From a virus (Duplodnaviria > Caudoviricetes): DNA of 64,000 bases. Positions within the stretch are counted from its first letter, which is position 1. Each line of letters starts with the position of its first letter. Position numbers and translations under genes: made by a program. Under the pieces are notes generated by a model. That model made no database searches. It was not told the origin of the DNA and saw only the letters and a program-made list of their open reading frames with translations. The DNA lies in IMG/VR virus record IMGVR_UViG_3300014205_000174; one strand, written 5' to 3'. Below are positions 1-10,419 of the stretch, one piece after another.

Positions 1-419
1 TTGTAGTACTGAAGATGCTGGCAGTAGCCCGTTGCATAATTACCTCGCTCCATTTCTTCTTTCATGAACCGGAACTGCTCGTCAGTATAAAACTCATCGC
101 AGTCTATGGTTAGATGATGAGTGCACCCAACCTCCCTAGATATCTCCAGCCCGATGTTGCGCTTCTTGGTCTCATTCAGGGAGGCATTTTCCCCGCCGGT
201 GTTCTGAATGTCTGGTTCATAGATATGCAGCCTGTCGATAAGCCCCTCATCGCGCAGTCTCCGCAATAAAGGCTCAAGGCCCTCATTACACTGTTCGCCA
301 TGGTTGGATATCTTCTGGTAGACCACAGATACATAGTTTACATTATTACGAATACTCTTTATCGAGTGCTCTAATAATTCTTCGCCGTCGAAAAGGCTGT
401 ATGAGGCACCAAGTTTCAT
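1..419 (-). CDS. Putative glycosyltransferase (GT-A fold), runs off the window edge
   Basis: Manual translation from ATG at 419: MKLGASYSLFDGEELLEHSIKSIR...KRNIGL...HHLTIDCDEFY, with a DxD motif. Confidence 0.55.
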   Translation of the reverse strand, partial: MKLGASYSLFDGEELLEHSIKSIRNNVNYVSVVYQKISNHGEQCNEGLEPLLRRLRDEGLIDRLHIYEPDIQNTGGENASLNETKKRNIGLEISREVGCTHHLTIDCDEFYTDEQFRFMKEEMERGNYATGYCQHLQYY

Positions 420-497
420 GTATGTTTTGTTTAATGTTTAAATTTATTCGGGAACTTTTGTCTCTGTGTCGTCAGGGGAAACGCTATTGGCCGGGAC

Positions 498-1601
498 TTA
501 CGGCTTCGATAATTCAAGCCTGGGGTAAACATTAATAGTCACTTCCGTTTCAGGGAGCAGGTCGAATTCCAGTCTCGATAATCCATCCATCCGGTAGTTG
601 TAGATGATGTTGTTAACGCCATTAGCTATGTCTACCGCCGTACCATCATCACAAACCAGCCTTTGATACGAATCTTTTTTGTTTATAATCCGACTTTTGT
701 ACTGTCCACAACTATCCGCTGTGACATATGTGACTTGTTGAACCAATTGCAGTTTATTTGCGGATGTCAATTGCGTAAAGACAACATCAAACGGCCTGAC
801 ATTGGAGTTATTAAGGATTTCATGATAACTCCTTCTTGAATCATTCGATGATATCGTACTCAATACTACCCCTTCTTTGGTTTTAACCGTGATGCCATTT
901 GCATCATTGGCAACAAGAGGAGAATTATTATATAGCGCTGTCACAGCATGAAAAATACGGAAATCTTTAATCACTTTATTTGAATGATTCTGCACACAAA
1001 TAGAATATGGAATCCCTAGACTTTTCACATCTGCGGCATGCTGCATCACTGGTGGCATATCTAGCAACTCACTGTCTTCCTGAATATCCGCAAGCGTTAC
1101 AATAACCTCCGAGTTCGCCAAGACGCCGTCAAATCTTAACGAAATCCATACATATGGAGTGACGTCAATCTTCACCCCAACAACTTTTTTACTGTTTTGA
1201 GGAGCGGTATTAATCCTGTTGAATGTCGTTGGGGCAGCACCTGCATTATTGCTCCCAGCCATACTTGAGTCGATTGATTCAAATACCGGTAACACGTGAC
1301 GAATGTCCTGGTCGGCCTCAACGCCAACGTCATACCTATGTATAAGGCGATAAGGAATTGCCTTATCAATTATTAAATTGCAGTGAAATGCGCGGCCTTG
1401 ACAAAGCGCTATAAGCGCCTCAAAAGACAAGCCTTCTATATCAGATTCTATAATTATCCCGTCTTTATTCTGATTAACAATGTCTGTATCCCAGGCCGAT
1501 TCGTCTATAGCCATGTTATACAAGGCCAGTGTCACGTCATTAATATCCCTATCCGTAGTGTTTCTGATTTTGAACCGAAGTTCTTTTGGTAAGTTTTGCA
1601 T
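498..1601 (-). CDS. Hypothetical protein with two similar beta-rich halves, possibly virion-related
   Basis: 367-aa ORF; both halves begin with (F/I)x(I/V)xN and end in a beta-strand-rich segment; function not established. Confidence 0.3.
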   Translation of the reverse strand: MQNLPKELRFKIRNTTDRDINDVTLALYNMAIDESAWDTDIVNQNKDGIIIESDIEGLSFEALIALCQGRAFHCNLIIDKAIPYRLIHRYDVGVEADQDIRHVLPVFESIDSSMAGSNNAGAAPTTFNRINTAPQNSKKVVGVKIDVTPYVWISLRFDGVLANSEVIVTLADIQEDSELLDMPPVMQHAADVKSLGIPYSICVQNHSNKVIKDFRIFHAVTALYNNSPLVANDANGITVKTKEGVVLSTISSNDSRRSYHEILNNSNVRPFDVVFTQLTSANKLQLVQQVTYVTADSCGQYKSRIINKKDSYQRLVCDDGTAVDIANGVNNIIYNYRMDGLSRLEFDLLPETEVTINVYPRLELSKP

Positions 1602-1902
1602 GCTTGGTTTGTTTTAAGATTTAAACTATTTTTTTTATTTACTTCACTTTATCCCTTCCTGGATAATCATCCAGGAAAACTAAAATATTGTCAATGTTAT
1701 CAATCCTTTCTGCATTATCGGTAAGTTGCGCCTGTATTATCTTCTTCTCCTCCCCGCGCAGAAAATAGTCTTCGTCAAATCTGTTTTTACCCATTGTGTG
1801 TGATGTGATTTTTATGAATTCACTTTCCTTGTTTGTTGCACCTACTTTTTCATGCTTTAATTTCGTCTCCTTACCAAGGATAGTCAGGTAAGAGAGCGCA
1901 GT

Positions 1903-2169
1903 GTTGTAACTACCTTTTGAATGACCTGCAATTATAGTATTGCGACTTATTGTCTGGTTACTTAGTTCTAAAGGGTTGTAACTACCTTTTAAATTACCGA
2001 CTCTCACAACTAAATTTACCGCCAGGGGTTTTATTGTCCAGTTGTAACTACCTTTCAAATTAGGGCCTGCTACAACACATATTTTAATTGCCTGTTTGCA
2101 ATAGTAGTTGTAACTACCTTTCAAATTAGGGCCTTTTACAACTACTGACAGGGTAGCTATCATCTATCA
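1903..2169 (-). CRISPR. Mini-CRISPR array C: 3 intact 36-nt repeats, 1 degenerate repeat, 4 spacers
   Basis: Repeats at 2107-2142, 2041-2076, 1975-2010 and degenerate 1903-1938 (- strand e.g. GTTGTAAAAGGCCCTAATTTGAAAGGTAGTTACAAC); spacers of 27, 30, 30 and 36 nt. Confidence 0.92.
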
Positions 2170-2295
2170 GTTGCAACTACAACTACCTTAAAAGGCAAAT
2201 ATTTTAAAAAATAAAAAAAGTATTCGGGAGTGGCTAATAATCCCTCCCGCCAAGGACGTACAACCGCCCCACAAAATATTATGTCAAAGAACTTA
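2170..2295 (-). ncRNA. Guide-RNA scaffold copy C (tracr/omegaRNA-like, fused to a half-repeat)
   Basis: Reverse complement is nearly identical to 27107-27232 and 27694-27818; differences lie mainly in a hairpin loop and the anti-repeat/half-repeat end. Confidence 0.85.
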
Positions 2296-2899
2296 GTTTA
2301 CTATAATTACTGCCACTTCGACCGCCCGTATGTCTGAATCAATCTCATGGCCTTTTCTTCCATCCTGCTGATGCCCCTGCTACACGTATTCCTGTATTTG
2401 TTTCTGCACCTTTTTACGTAATAATGAAGCACTGACAGTAAGCTATAATTTTCACCTTTGCGAATACCTGCAATAGTCATGTTGTAGGCATTTATAAAGT
2501 TCCGCCACTGGCCCCGCATTATCATACTGCGGCAAATCTCCCGGCCTTCTATTTTTACTATTTGCGATATCTCCTTCGTAGTTATTACTGATAAGAACTT
2601 TCGTTTTCCTTACACTCAACACATACCTCAAACTCCTCGCTCATGTCCGACCGGACATTCCAGAAACCGCACCTTACGCACCGGTAAACAGCCGCCTTTA
2701 TCGCCTCGTGCTCCTGTTCGGTTAAAATGCCTATACCGTATCCTGGGTATACACTGTCAATAGCCTGGCTAATGCCATCCGTGGTTTGCGGCAATTGCTT
2801 GATGACCGCATTTACGTCAAAATTCGCTGGGCGCGTAATATTATGCTGCATAGTGTGTGATTTAAACAGAGAAAGAATTGCATGCAATCAAGCCAGAAG

Positions 2900-3151
2900 C
2901 TACTTCATCTCCGGCCAATCCCAATATCCCAACTGCCCCTGCTTCCAGTTTGATTTATGCGGCACATTTTCAACATAATTTACAGGGTCATTATAATTCG
3001 GGAGCAGCACGTGCAAATCAAGAAAAATGTCGGTAGAATCACTCGACACCGTGGCCGGAAATTTTACAAAGCCATTATTTTCGGATGGCGAACAATCCAT
3101 TGGAAAATAATGCACGGCCCTGCCGCATGTTGGAATTTTTACTTCACTCAT
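2900..3151 (-). CDS. Small conserved phage protein
   Basis: PTxGRxVHY...PA.V...W.WP pattern common in phage hypothetical proteins. Confidence 0.45.
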   Translation of the reverse strand: MSEVKIPTCGRAVHYFPMDCSPSENNGFVKFPATVSSDSTDIFLDLHVLLPNYNDPVNYVENVPHKSNWKQGQLGYWDWPEMK

Positions 3152-3194
3152 AGTTGGTTTGTTTTTCGATTTAAAATTAATAAATATATTTTAC

Positions 3195-3443
3195 TTAAGC
3201 AAAATCATTGTGCTTTGTCGGGGTCATTATTTCGTCAATCAGCTCATTCTGCATGGCGTACTTGCAAAATGTACATCCATGCACCCTTGTAGTTACTCCA
3301 TTGTTATAAAAATCAAGTATACCGTCAATATCACACAGCTTGAATTGGTCATTAACCCTGTATAGATTCTCTGGCGAAAGCTCTGCGCTGGGACAAACGT
3401 ATACATTTCCGTCCGTAAATACAAAAGGCTTTACCATATGCAT
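3195..3443 (-). pseudogene. C-terminal (SPASM/Twitch-like) fragment of a radical SAM protein
   Basis: KPFVFTDGNVYVC...CTFCKY pattern; no CxxxCxxC core domain upstream. Confidence 0.4.
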
Positions 3444-3617
3444 GTAGCAGTTATGGTTCTTCCTTTCTCCCTTTTAGACTTGATAACATCAACATTCAAC
3501 CTTTCAGCTATCCCAGCAAGATAAGCGGTGTCATAACGATAAATGTCAATTGACTTTAGCGTCTGTAGGCTAATATTCGAAATGTATACTATCGCTAGGT
3601 CTACTGTTTTCATGCGT

Positions 3618-3971
3618 TTAAGTTGTTGGTGTGGTTTTTGAATTATCGATTACATTAATGTCCAAATAAAAATCCGCCCAGATATTCATCGTGTATACAA
3701 CTCTCCCGTTCGGCTTGTCGTAATGAGGAACAGTGTGACTGTCCTTAAATGGATTGTCTGTAAAGCAACCAGATAATGCCGCAACCATTTCCTCTACCGG
3801 CCTAGCGTCTTCCGTCCAGGGCATAGCCATAATATCCATATCACTTGACAGGCTGCCGTGCAGACCCAACGCCCAACCACAATCAAGGGCAGCCTTTCGT
3901 AAGTCCTCAAAGATGCATGCATAAAATGCAGCCTTGCCATTGGTTACTATATGCTCCCTGCTTTTTGCCAT
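3618..3971 (-). CDS. Conserved phage hypothetical protein (nucleotidyltransferase-like motif)
   Basis: GWALGLHGSLSSDMDIMAMPW (GS..DxD). Confidence 0.4.
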   Translation of the reverse strand: MAKSREHIVTNGKAAFYACIFEDLRKAALDCGWALGLHGSLSSDMDIMAMPWTEDARPVEEMVAALSGCFTDNPFKDSHTVPHYDKPNGRVVYTMNIWADFYLDINVIDNSKTTPTT

Positions 3972-3972
3972 A

Positions 3973-4560
3973 CTATTTTTCCCAGCCTAACTTTTTAGCC
4001 GTATTATTGAAAATATCTACAACCTGGTCAGATAAATTGAACCGCACTTGGTTTTTGATAATAGAAAGATAAATATCGCCATTGTCATGTCTTTCGCTGG
4101 CAGCTTTCCAGTCGAAAAACATTTCAATAAGGTCGAACAAGTCAAACCCATTCACGCCATTTTTATAATGCTCCGGGTGGTGGCTGTTATTGGCGTAATG
4201 ATGGTCTAGTGCGACTTTAAGTTCTTTGAGAAACCCTAAGTACTCCTCGCTACCATACGTAGCCCCTGCTAGCTTTGGCGTCCAGACATCAAACAACTCT
4301 TTTTCCGGGCTCGTTAGCTTGGAGTCATCGTGACACCCCGCACGCTTCAGTAATTCACCGGCGGCACCTGACAACAACTGGGCCACGCGCTTAATGTGCA
4401 GCATCGTATCTATCCTGCTGTCATAAACAAGCTCCACTTTCTCTAACTGCTCAAATGAGTGCTGCACAATAGCCCTGTCTGGCATGGATTGAGCCCATGC
4501 ATCCCAATACGTCTCAGCCGTGTAAATTTTATTCGTTTTTTTGTCTATGCGGTATTCCAT
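3973..4560 (-). CDS. DUF5662-family HD-like protein
   Basis: H..RV, HDDSKL, HHY..NSHHPEH, EMFFDW motifs. Confidence 0.7.
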   Translation of the reverse strand: MEYRIDKKTNKIYTAETYWDAWAQSMPDRAIVQHSFEQLEKVELVYDSRIDTMLHIKRVAQLLSGAAGELLKRAGCHDDSKLTSPEKELFDVWTPKLAGATYGSEEYLGFLKELKVALDHHYANNSHHPEHYKNGVNGFDLFDLIEMFFDWKAASERHDNGDIYLSIIKNQVRFNLSDQVVDIFNNTAKKLGWEK

Positions 4561-4561
4561 T

Positions 4562-4849
4562 CTAAATCAGTTGGTTTTTAGCATGTGCCGAAGCGGCCTC
4601 ATCCTGGTCTCTTAATATTTTCAAACTTAGATTGTAGTCCTTAAACTTATTGTACAGCGTTCGCTCTGTGATACCGAGCTCATTGGCAATAAACGCAACA
4701 TCTTTGGTCGGGTGCCGCTTGAATGCACGCTGAATGGTGTCACACTCCATTCGCGCAAGGTTAAGCTTACCGTCACCAAAAGCATAGTAGTCGCCCTTGA
4801 TTCGACGATTTTCTACTACCGGAGTTCGACCGCTTACTGATTCCAACAA
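4562..4849 (-). CDS. Stand-alone Fis-type (HTH_8) DNA-binding protein
   Basis: LNLARMECDTIQRAF...IANELGITERTLYNKFKDYNL resembles the C-terminal HTH of NtrC-type enhancer-binding proteins; no AAA+ domain. Confidence 0.75.
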   Translation of the reverse strand: MLESVSGRTPVVENRRIKGDYYAFGDGKLNLARMECDTIQRAFKRHPTKDVAFIANELGITERTLYNKFKDYNLSLKILRDQDEAASAHAKNQLI

Positions 4850-4873
4850 GATTTATTATTTAATAATTATGCT

Positions 4874-4888
4874 GCAATAATCGTGCCG
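4874..4888 (-). promoter_or_regulatory. sigma54-type -24/-12 promoter upstream of the Fis-HTH gene
   Basis: CGGCACG-ATTA-TTGC. Confidence 0.75.
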
Positions 4889-5121
4889 GATTTTAACATT
4901 TTAACCAGTAGATTCAATATATTCAATGTCTTTTTTAGGAATTGAGTCTATGGTCTTGTAGCTCTTGCTGCGGGCTCGGTGCGTGTAGCAATAGAAACCG
5001 TTCTTGTCCTGCGCAACAGAGACGCCTTTAGCCTTTGCTGTCTTTGCCAGGAACTTCGGAGTTTTCGAAACTGTTTTATGTGCTTTGCTCATAAGCGTAT
5101 TATTGAATAGAAAAATGAAAC

Positions 5122-5757
5122 CTACTTTATAAGCCAGCCGTACTCCGCTTCCGCATTCAGAATATCACTAAACCCGGAGCGCTGTGTAACTATTGGCGTG
5201 GGTGCGCTGAAGCAATAGACATTGTGTATTTTTTGCAACTGCTCATAATAAACATCCAGCGGGCTTTGCGCGGGAGTTATTTTATCAATAATAGGCTGAT
5301 ACATTTGCGACCTGATTCCAATGCAGTGCGTGGAATAGGTGCTGTGTATCCGCAGCACCTTGTCATTAATGACATGCGGAGGCATAACACCTACAACATG
5401 CCCATTATGATTACCGGAGAAATAGACCATGTCCCAATTGGCAGGAAGCGCTTCAAAATAATCTGCAATTTTACTGAGCTCATGGCTGAATACAATATCG
5501 TCCTCCAGTATAAGGATATATTTATGATTTTTCGCCTTCGCGTCTTCCAGTATGCTGATATTTGTCTTCACAAGGCCCACAGCACCCAGAGAAAGCGTAT
5601 GCCCCTGGTTGGCAAGCGTATTGCCATCAACAGCAGAAACGCGCGTGACGATGATTTTATGTTTTAATACCTCTTCGTATACCTGCAACCACCGGTCTGT
5701 CCTCCGGTCAAGGTTAATCAGGTATATCTCATCGAATAATGAATTCAGTCTGTGCAT
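5122..5757 (-). CDS. Glycosyltransferase family 25
   Basis: IYLINLDRRTDR, RVSAVDG, LILEDD motifs. Confidence 0.85.
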   Translation of the reverse strand: MHRLNSLFDEIYLINLDRRTDRWLQVYEEVLKHKIIVTRVSAVDGNTLANQGHTLSLGAVGLVKTNISILEDAKAKNHKYILILEDDIVFSHELSKIADYFEALPANWDMVYFSGNHNGHVVGVMPPHVINDKVLRIHSTYSTHCIGIRSQMYQPIIDKITPAQSPLDVYYEQLQKIHNVYCFSAPTPIVTQRSGFSDILNAEAEYGWLIK

Positions 5758-5990
5758 GAGTAAACGGATTAAAAATTGTCGGCAGCATCGTGGCCCTGGG
5801 CAATACTTCCGGGATTATATGACTTTGAGCTATTCTTATGAACAGATACGACAGCTACGCTTACAATAGCTATCAATAAAACCACTACCAGCAAGTCCGA
5901 CCGTCCCTCTTTAGATAATTTAATGTCCATGATTCAAATTTTACATAAAGATACTGATTACGGATAAAAATAACATCAACTACATTGTTT

Positions 5991-6568
5991 CTATGGTACC
6001 GTCAATAAGCTTGTTGTGTAAGTCTGACCAAAACTAATGCTTTCAATGTCTCCTGCGTCCGCCCATGCGGTCAGTACCGCTTGGGCAAAACCGGGGAATT
6101 GCTTTGCAGAAGTTCTACTATGTAGCTGCTGGAATTTTTCTAAAGCAGCATTACGCGTGTAATCGTCGGCTATAGTCTCAATCCATTGTTTTATTGTTTT
6201 CATCGAATGATTTCTGGTCAAATGTAATTATTAGTTTGTTTCAAAACAAATAGTTTGCTTTAAAACAAACTAAAACTGCTGGAATAACACTATGATGCCT
6301 TTGTCATAGTCGCTTTTCATTTTAGACCAAAAATTCACACTCTCATTGGATTCCACCTGAGCCCATGTGAAAGCACGCAACAGGGACTGGTCAAAGCTGG
6401 CGACTTCTATTTTCGCCACACCGGCATTTCGGTCATCGAGCTTCTTAAGCTTCTCCAACGCGGCAGTGCGCGTATAATCATCGGCTATAAGCTCAATCCA
6501 TTCCTTTAGAGTTTTCATCGATAATGATTGATTGTCAAATGCAATTATTAGTTTGCTTTAAAACAAAC
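5991..6568 (-). repeat. Tandem duplication of a small gene with its upstream region (ORFs 5991-6221 and 6270-6518)
   Basis: MKTIKQWIETIADDYTRNAALEK vs MKTLKEWIELIADDYTRTAALEK; upstream sequences also align (tcaaatgYaattattagtttgYttYaaaacaaa). Confidence 0.8.
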
Positions 6569-6585
6569 GAAAGTAAATCAGGCGC

Positions 6586-8436
6586 TTAATAGACCTCGGG
6601 AAACTCCCGTACTGCAAATTCTTCGGGGAATTCGTTGATATCACTACCATGCCGCACTTTCATGCCCATTTTCTTACCAAGGTAAGTGCCCATCTGTTTT
6701 ATAAACACAGGCACGCCGGCTCTTTTACATTGCTGGATAATCTCGCCTATCCAATGACCCTCACAGGGCCGATATCCCCACTTGCCTATCTCGTTGCCGC
6801 TCTCCCCGCCAACAATAACCCAATGAATAAGCGTATAAATGCCTACATAGCCATGACCCCAGTCTTTTGGCGCGGTACCCAGCAGGCCCAAGTTAAGCGG
6901 GCTTAATAATGGCTCACAACTCAGGAAGCGGACTTTCGCCGGTACCTGGCATAGTAATGGCACCCTTTCCTCTGCACGTTCCTGATTCTCCACACTGGTG
7001 CCAAGCCATACATTTTCCCAACCATCACCCCAGTCCGCCGGTAAGTGTTCTAGAATTCGCTCCGGATGCTTTGTGAGTATTTGAAAGATAAGATGAGGAC
7101 ACTTGCGGATAATGTCCCAGGCCTCATGCCTAAAGGAATCAATTTCCGGGTGAAAGAAATCGGTGAGTGACGATGTAAACACCAGTGGCCTGCCACCCCA
7201 TGCCTCAGACTTAGTGCCCTTGTACTTCAGGGGCATATTGAATGTCGCAGGAGCCGTTCTTTTCACAATGCGACCATCATACTTAAACCTGTCACCCTCA
7301 CGCATCATATAGCAATTGTGAACTATAAATCCATTAGCTACAAATGTTTTTGAAGAGGTCTGTATATCAATCAACTCAGTTTCCCCAATATATTTTATGC
7401 CGTAAATAATTTGGTGGTTGGTAGCGGTTCTTTGGCCAGTAACAATGCAGTTTCTTAATAATGCCGGAGTAACTGTTGTAAAAAAATTTACTTTTTCAAC
7501 CAACCCACCGTGAAGAGTAAACACATTGCTAGCATAGCTGTATTTAAACCCCAGTTTATCCAGGCTTTTTGATATATTATCAACTACTTCCTTATTTGCG
7601 ACTACACCCTGAGCAATTCTTAAGGCATTAGTTCTTAATTTTTCGCGTTTTTTGGATTTATACGTACTCATATTCCCCTCTGCGTCAAACATTCCGGAAA
7701 TATAGCCCCTATGCCAATCTATGTCGTCTGTTGGATTATTATAACATTCCAATATTTTACTCAAAACTGGCTGGCTGCGGCTCTCAACTTTATTTATTTT
7801 AGTTTGCCCCTCCTCCGCACTAAATTCCTTTATGTCAAGCACCATATTGAACAATACTTTACAATATAGTACCACCCTGTCAAGTATTACTGTATCACAC
7901 AAAGCAATACGCCAATAACACTGTGGCGATTCCTTCTTCCATACGCTACCCCAGTCCGGACTATATTTGAATGTGCCATCTCCGTCAGTGACGCCAGCGA
8001 TATACCCTTTCATAAAAGTCTCAGTTATTGAATTCCCCTCGTATACATTCAATACATTAAGCTTCGTTTTTGAAACTTTGAGCAGGCTTAACGTCTTCCA
8101 TGGATTTCTTATTCCCAGAGAAAGGAATGGGTGGTCTTCGCTACACACAATTGTTCTGCCATTAGCTATACTTATTTCGAAAGCTGGCTTTACCACGCGA
8201 GATATCGCTTCAACGGTTGCGATTTCAAATTCTCTATATTGATTCGAAGCGTATTCCTGCACGGAAAAAACCTTGTCCCCTACTTGCAGCTCTGACATTT
8301 TTTTCCTTGTATAGTCCGCCATCAATATTATACTATCAGGGTGCAAGCAATTTTTACACCCTTCACTTTTGGGCGTACATCCCCTTGCAAGGTTATAAGT
8401 GATGTCTGTCCACGGTATGTTGGTTCTTGTTCCCAT
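6586..8436 (-). CDS. DUF5131 (phage Gp37/Gp68-like, radical-SAM-related) protein containing an intein
   Basis: TNIPWTDITYN..RGC....EGCKN/CY, SLTDFFH, FQILTKHPER, NVWLGTSVENQ, RFLSCEPLL, WVIVGGESG, VPVFIKQMG. Confidence 0.88.
   Translation of the reverse strand: MGTRTNIPWTDITYNLARGCTPKSEGCKNCLHPDSIILMADYTRKKMSELQVGDKVFSVQEYASNQYREFEIATVEAISRVVKPAFEISIANGRTIVCSEDHPFLSLGIRNPWKTLSLLKVSKTKLNVLNVYEGNSITETFMKGYIAGVTDGDGTFKYSPDWGSVWKKESPQCYWRIALCDTVILDRVVLYCKVLFNMVLDIKEFSAEEGQTKINKVESRSQPVLSKILECYNNPTDDIDWHRGYISGMFDAEGNMSTYKSKKREKLRTNALRIAQGVVANKEVVDNISKSLDKLGFKYSYASNVFTLHGGLVEKVNFFTTVTPALLRNCIVTGQRTATNHQIIYGIKYIGETELIDIQTSSKTFVANGFIVHNCYMMREGDRFKYDGRIVKRTAPATFNMPLKYKGTKSEAWGGRPLVFTSSLTDFFHPEIDSFRHEAWDIIRKCPHLIFQILTKHPERILEHLPADWGDGWENVWLGTSVENQERAEERVPLLCQVPAKVRFLSCEPLLSPLNLGLLGTAPKDWGHGYVGIYTLIHWVIVGGESGNEIGKWGYRPCEGHWIGEIIQQCKRAGVPVFIKQMGTYLGKKMGMKVRHGSDINEFPEEFAVREFPEVY
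7315..8349 (-). mobile_element. Intein (345 aa) with LAGLIDADG homing endonuclease
   Basis: Starts CLHPDSIILMAD, block B CSEDHPF, two motifs GYIAGVTDGDG and GYISGMFDAEG, ends TFVANGFIVHN followed by Cys. Confidence 0.92.
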
Positions 8437-9182
8437 TACAATAAATTATGGCAATGAATTCATATGTTTTTCTATTATTTTCGCCGCATCTTCAATATCG
8501 CACGACATGGAGTCGTAACCAATGATTGATTTTACGAAAACTCCGACCCGGCCTACGCCGCATTTTTTTGCCGCATCAAGCTGCTTTAAAATAGCCTGTG
8601 CGTCCGTCCTGACCTCTATTGCATGTATGTATATTTCCATGTTTTTTGGAGTGTGTTTTATGAGCCGAATAATTGAGCTATTCGGCTCGCTTTACTTCTT
8701 TAGTCTTCTTATTAGGCCCTGGCTTCGGTTTCTTCATCAAATGGATTTCGGCAACGACCTCCCCCTCCAGCGTAACCGACAATATGTTTTCGTCTCCCTT
8801 CAACTGCGCCGCTGTCCATTCCATAATAGCTATCAGAAACTCAGGCCTGGTAATTTCTGCCCTGTCGTCAGACATAGTCCACTTGTTTCGCTTGGAATCC
8901 TTAGCAATGTACACGCTTCCAGAAAGTGGCGACACTAATAGTTTGTAATCTTTAGCACTCATACTTTTTTTTTACAATGTTTTTAAAAAGGCTTTTGCAC
9001 TTTCCCACGCCTGCGGCTCCGTCCGGCCCTTCCCGGCTTTCTTTTTATGTTTCTTACCAGGTGGCATATAGTAGATGTTGTATTCACCGTTTATTACTCT
9101 GCACTCCGCACTGGGAGCCATACTTATTACAACGTCTTTGGTAGTCATTAATATTTTATGGTTTATAACTGTTTACCTGATA

Positions 9183-9893
9183 TCAATTGGTTGCATTAAA
9201 AGGCACTTCATAAGTTTCCGCTCCCGGAAGACCACCCCATTTTTTAATATAAAATTGTTTGTTTTCTTCAATGAGCGGTTGCAGGGATGGGTCTCTTAAC
9301 AACGATGAACTGCGGTTAAATACATTGGGATTTAAAAACGGAACCTGTGCCACTTCTATACCCATAAGCTTCATCCTGCGCATCATGTCGTTGTCGTTGT
9401 AGTAGATAGACAAGTCCGTATCAAACTCACCAACCTTAGCAAAAACCTCGTCGCTGATTAGAAATGCACACCAGTCGTATGCTTTCTCGCAAACGTAAAT
9501 TTTATTACCCAACTCCGGGTCATGTATCAGCAAAGACATTTCCTCCTGCGTCCTGTTGAGGTATATATCGTCATTGAGCACAAGGGCATGCGTATGCTCT
9601 TTGAAAGCCTCCTCCAGCAACGCGTTCCACGCTGCCGCAACGCCAATGTTTTTACTATTCCACGACCTGATTACTTTTATGTTCAGCAATGCTGATAGCA
9701 TTTGTTCATTCTTAGCAGCCCACCAATAATCCCTTAACATCGTCAGCAAGGGATAAATACTCTGAGGGCCATTTTCATAAATAATGATTTTGGTAGTAGG
9801 CATGTTGACCACATAGTACATCAAAGCAGGCAGTAATAAATCGGCCCTGTTCAATGTCGGAATGACTACGCAATATTTTATATCTTTTTGCAT
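9183..9893 (-). CDS. Glycosyltransferase family 2
   Basis: VVIPTLNR, NIGVAAAWN, LVLNDD, VGEFD...YYND.D. Confidence 0.85.
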   Translation of the reverse strand: MQKDIKYCVVIPTLNRADLLLPALMYYVVNMPTTKIIIYENGPQSIYPLLTMLRDYWWAAKNEQMLSALLNIKVIRSWNSKNIGVAAAWNALLEEAFKEHTHALVLNDDIYLNRTQEEMSLLIHDPELGNKIYVCEKAYDWCAFLISDEVFAKVGEFDTDLSIYYNDNDMMRRMKLMGIEVAQVPFLNPNVFNRSSSLLRDPSLQPLIEENKQFYIKKWGGLPGAETYEVPFNATN

Positions 9894-10419
9894 GGGAATG
9901 TATTTATTTACGCTGCATCGGCAGCCTTACTGCGATGCTTTAATAAACCAATGATTGAAATTCAACCCGAACCCTGGGTGTCTTGGGTCTACTACTACCC
10001 CGTTATCGTCAGTAAAAAATACAGCATTAGCCCATCCGCAACAAGTACCATGCAGTTCGGATATCACACCGCATGCACATGTGGGCTGTTTTTGAACTGG
10101 AACGTATATCATGGCGGCCCGTCTCCAGTAATAATCCTGCTCAATAAGGGTGTACATAGAATTATCAGAACGGATAAACAGTACTTCGTCGTGGTTAAAT
10201 CGTAACGTACCGTACTTGGTTGCAAGTATATACAGTCCGTTATGCTCAAGGGAAACAGGTACACCCCTGAAGCTAAAGCTATAGTGCGGCTCTTCGCTAT
10301 TCCGCTTGGCGTAATCAACGAAATCCGCAAAGTTTATAACCTGGACTTCGTGTTTTTCTACTACTACTTTTTGCAAATTCATAAAGTGCTGCTCCATGTC
10401 TATATTCTTTCCGGGTTGA

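Noticed and set aside
498-1601. Calling this a jelly-roll major capsid protein
   Set aside because: The resemblance is from memory only and there is no structural module around it; needs HHpred/Foldseek.
1639-2163. 174-aa ORF with repeated NLKGSYN motif
   Set aside because: The peptide repeats are the translation of CRISPR array C (unit lengths 66/66/72 happen to keep frame); at most the 3' part could be a real small gene.
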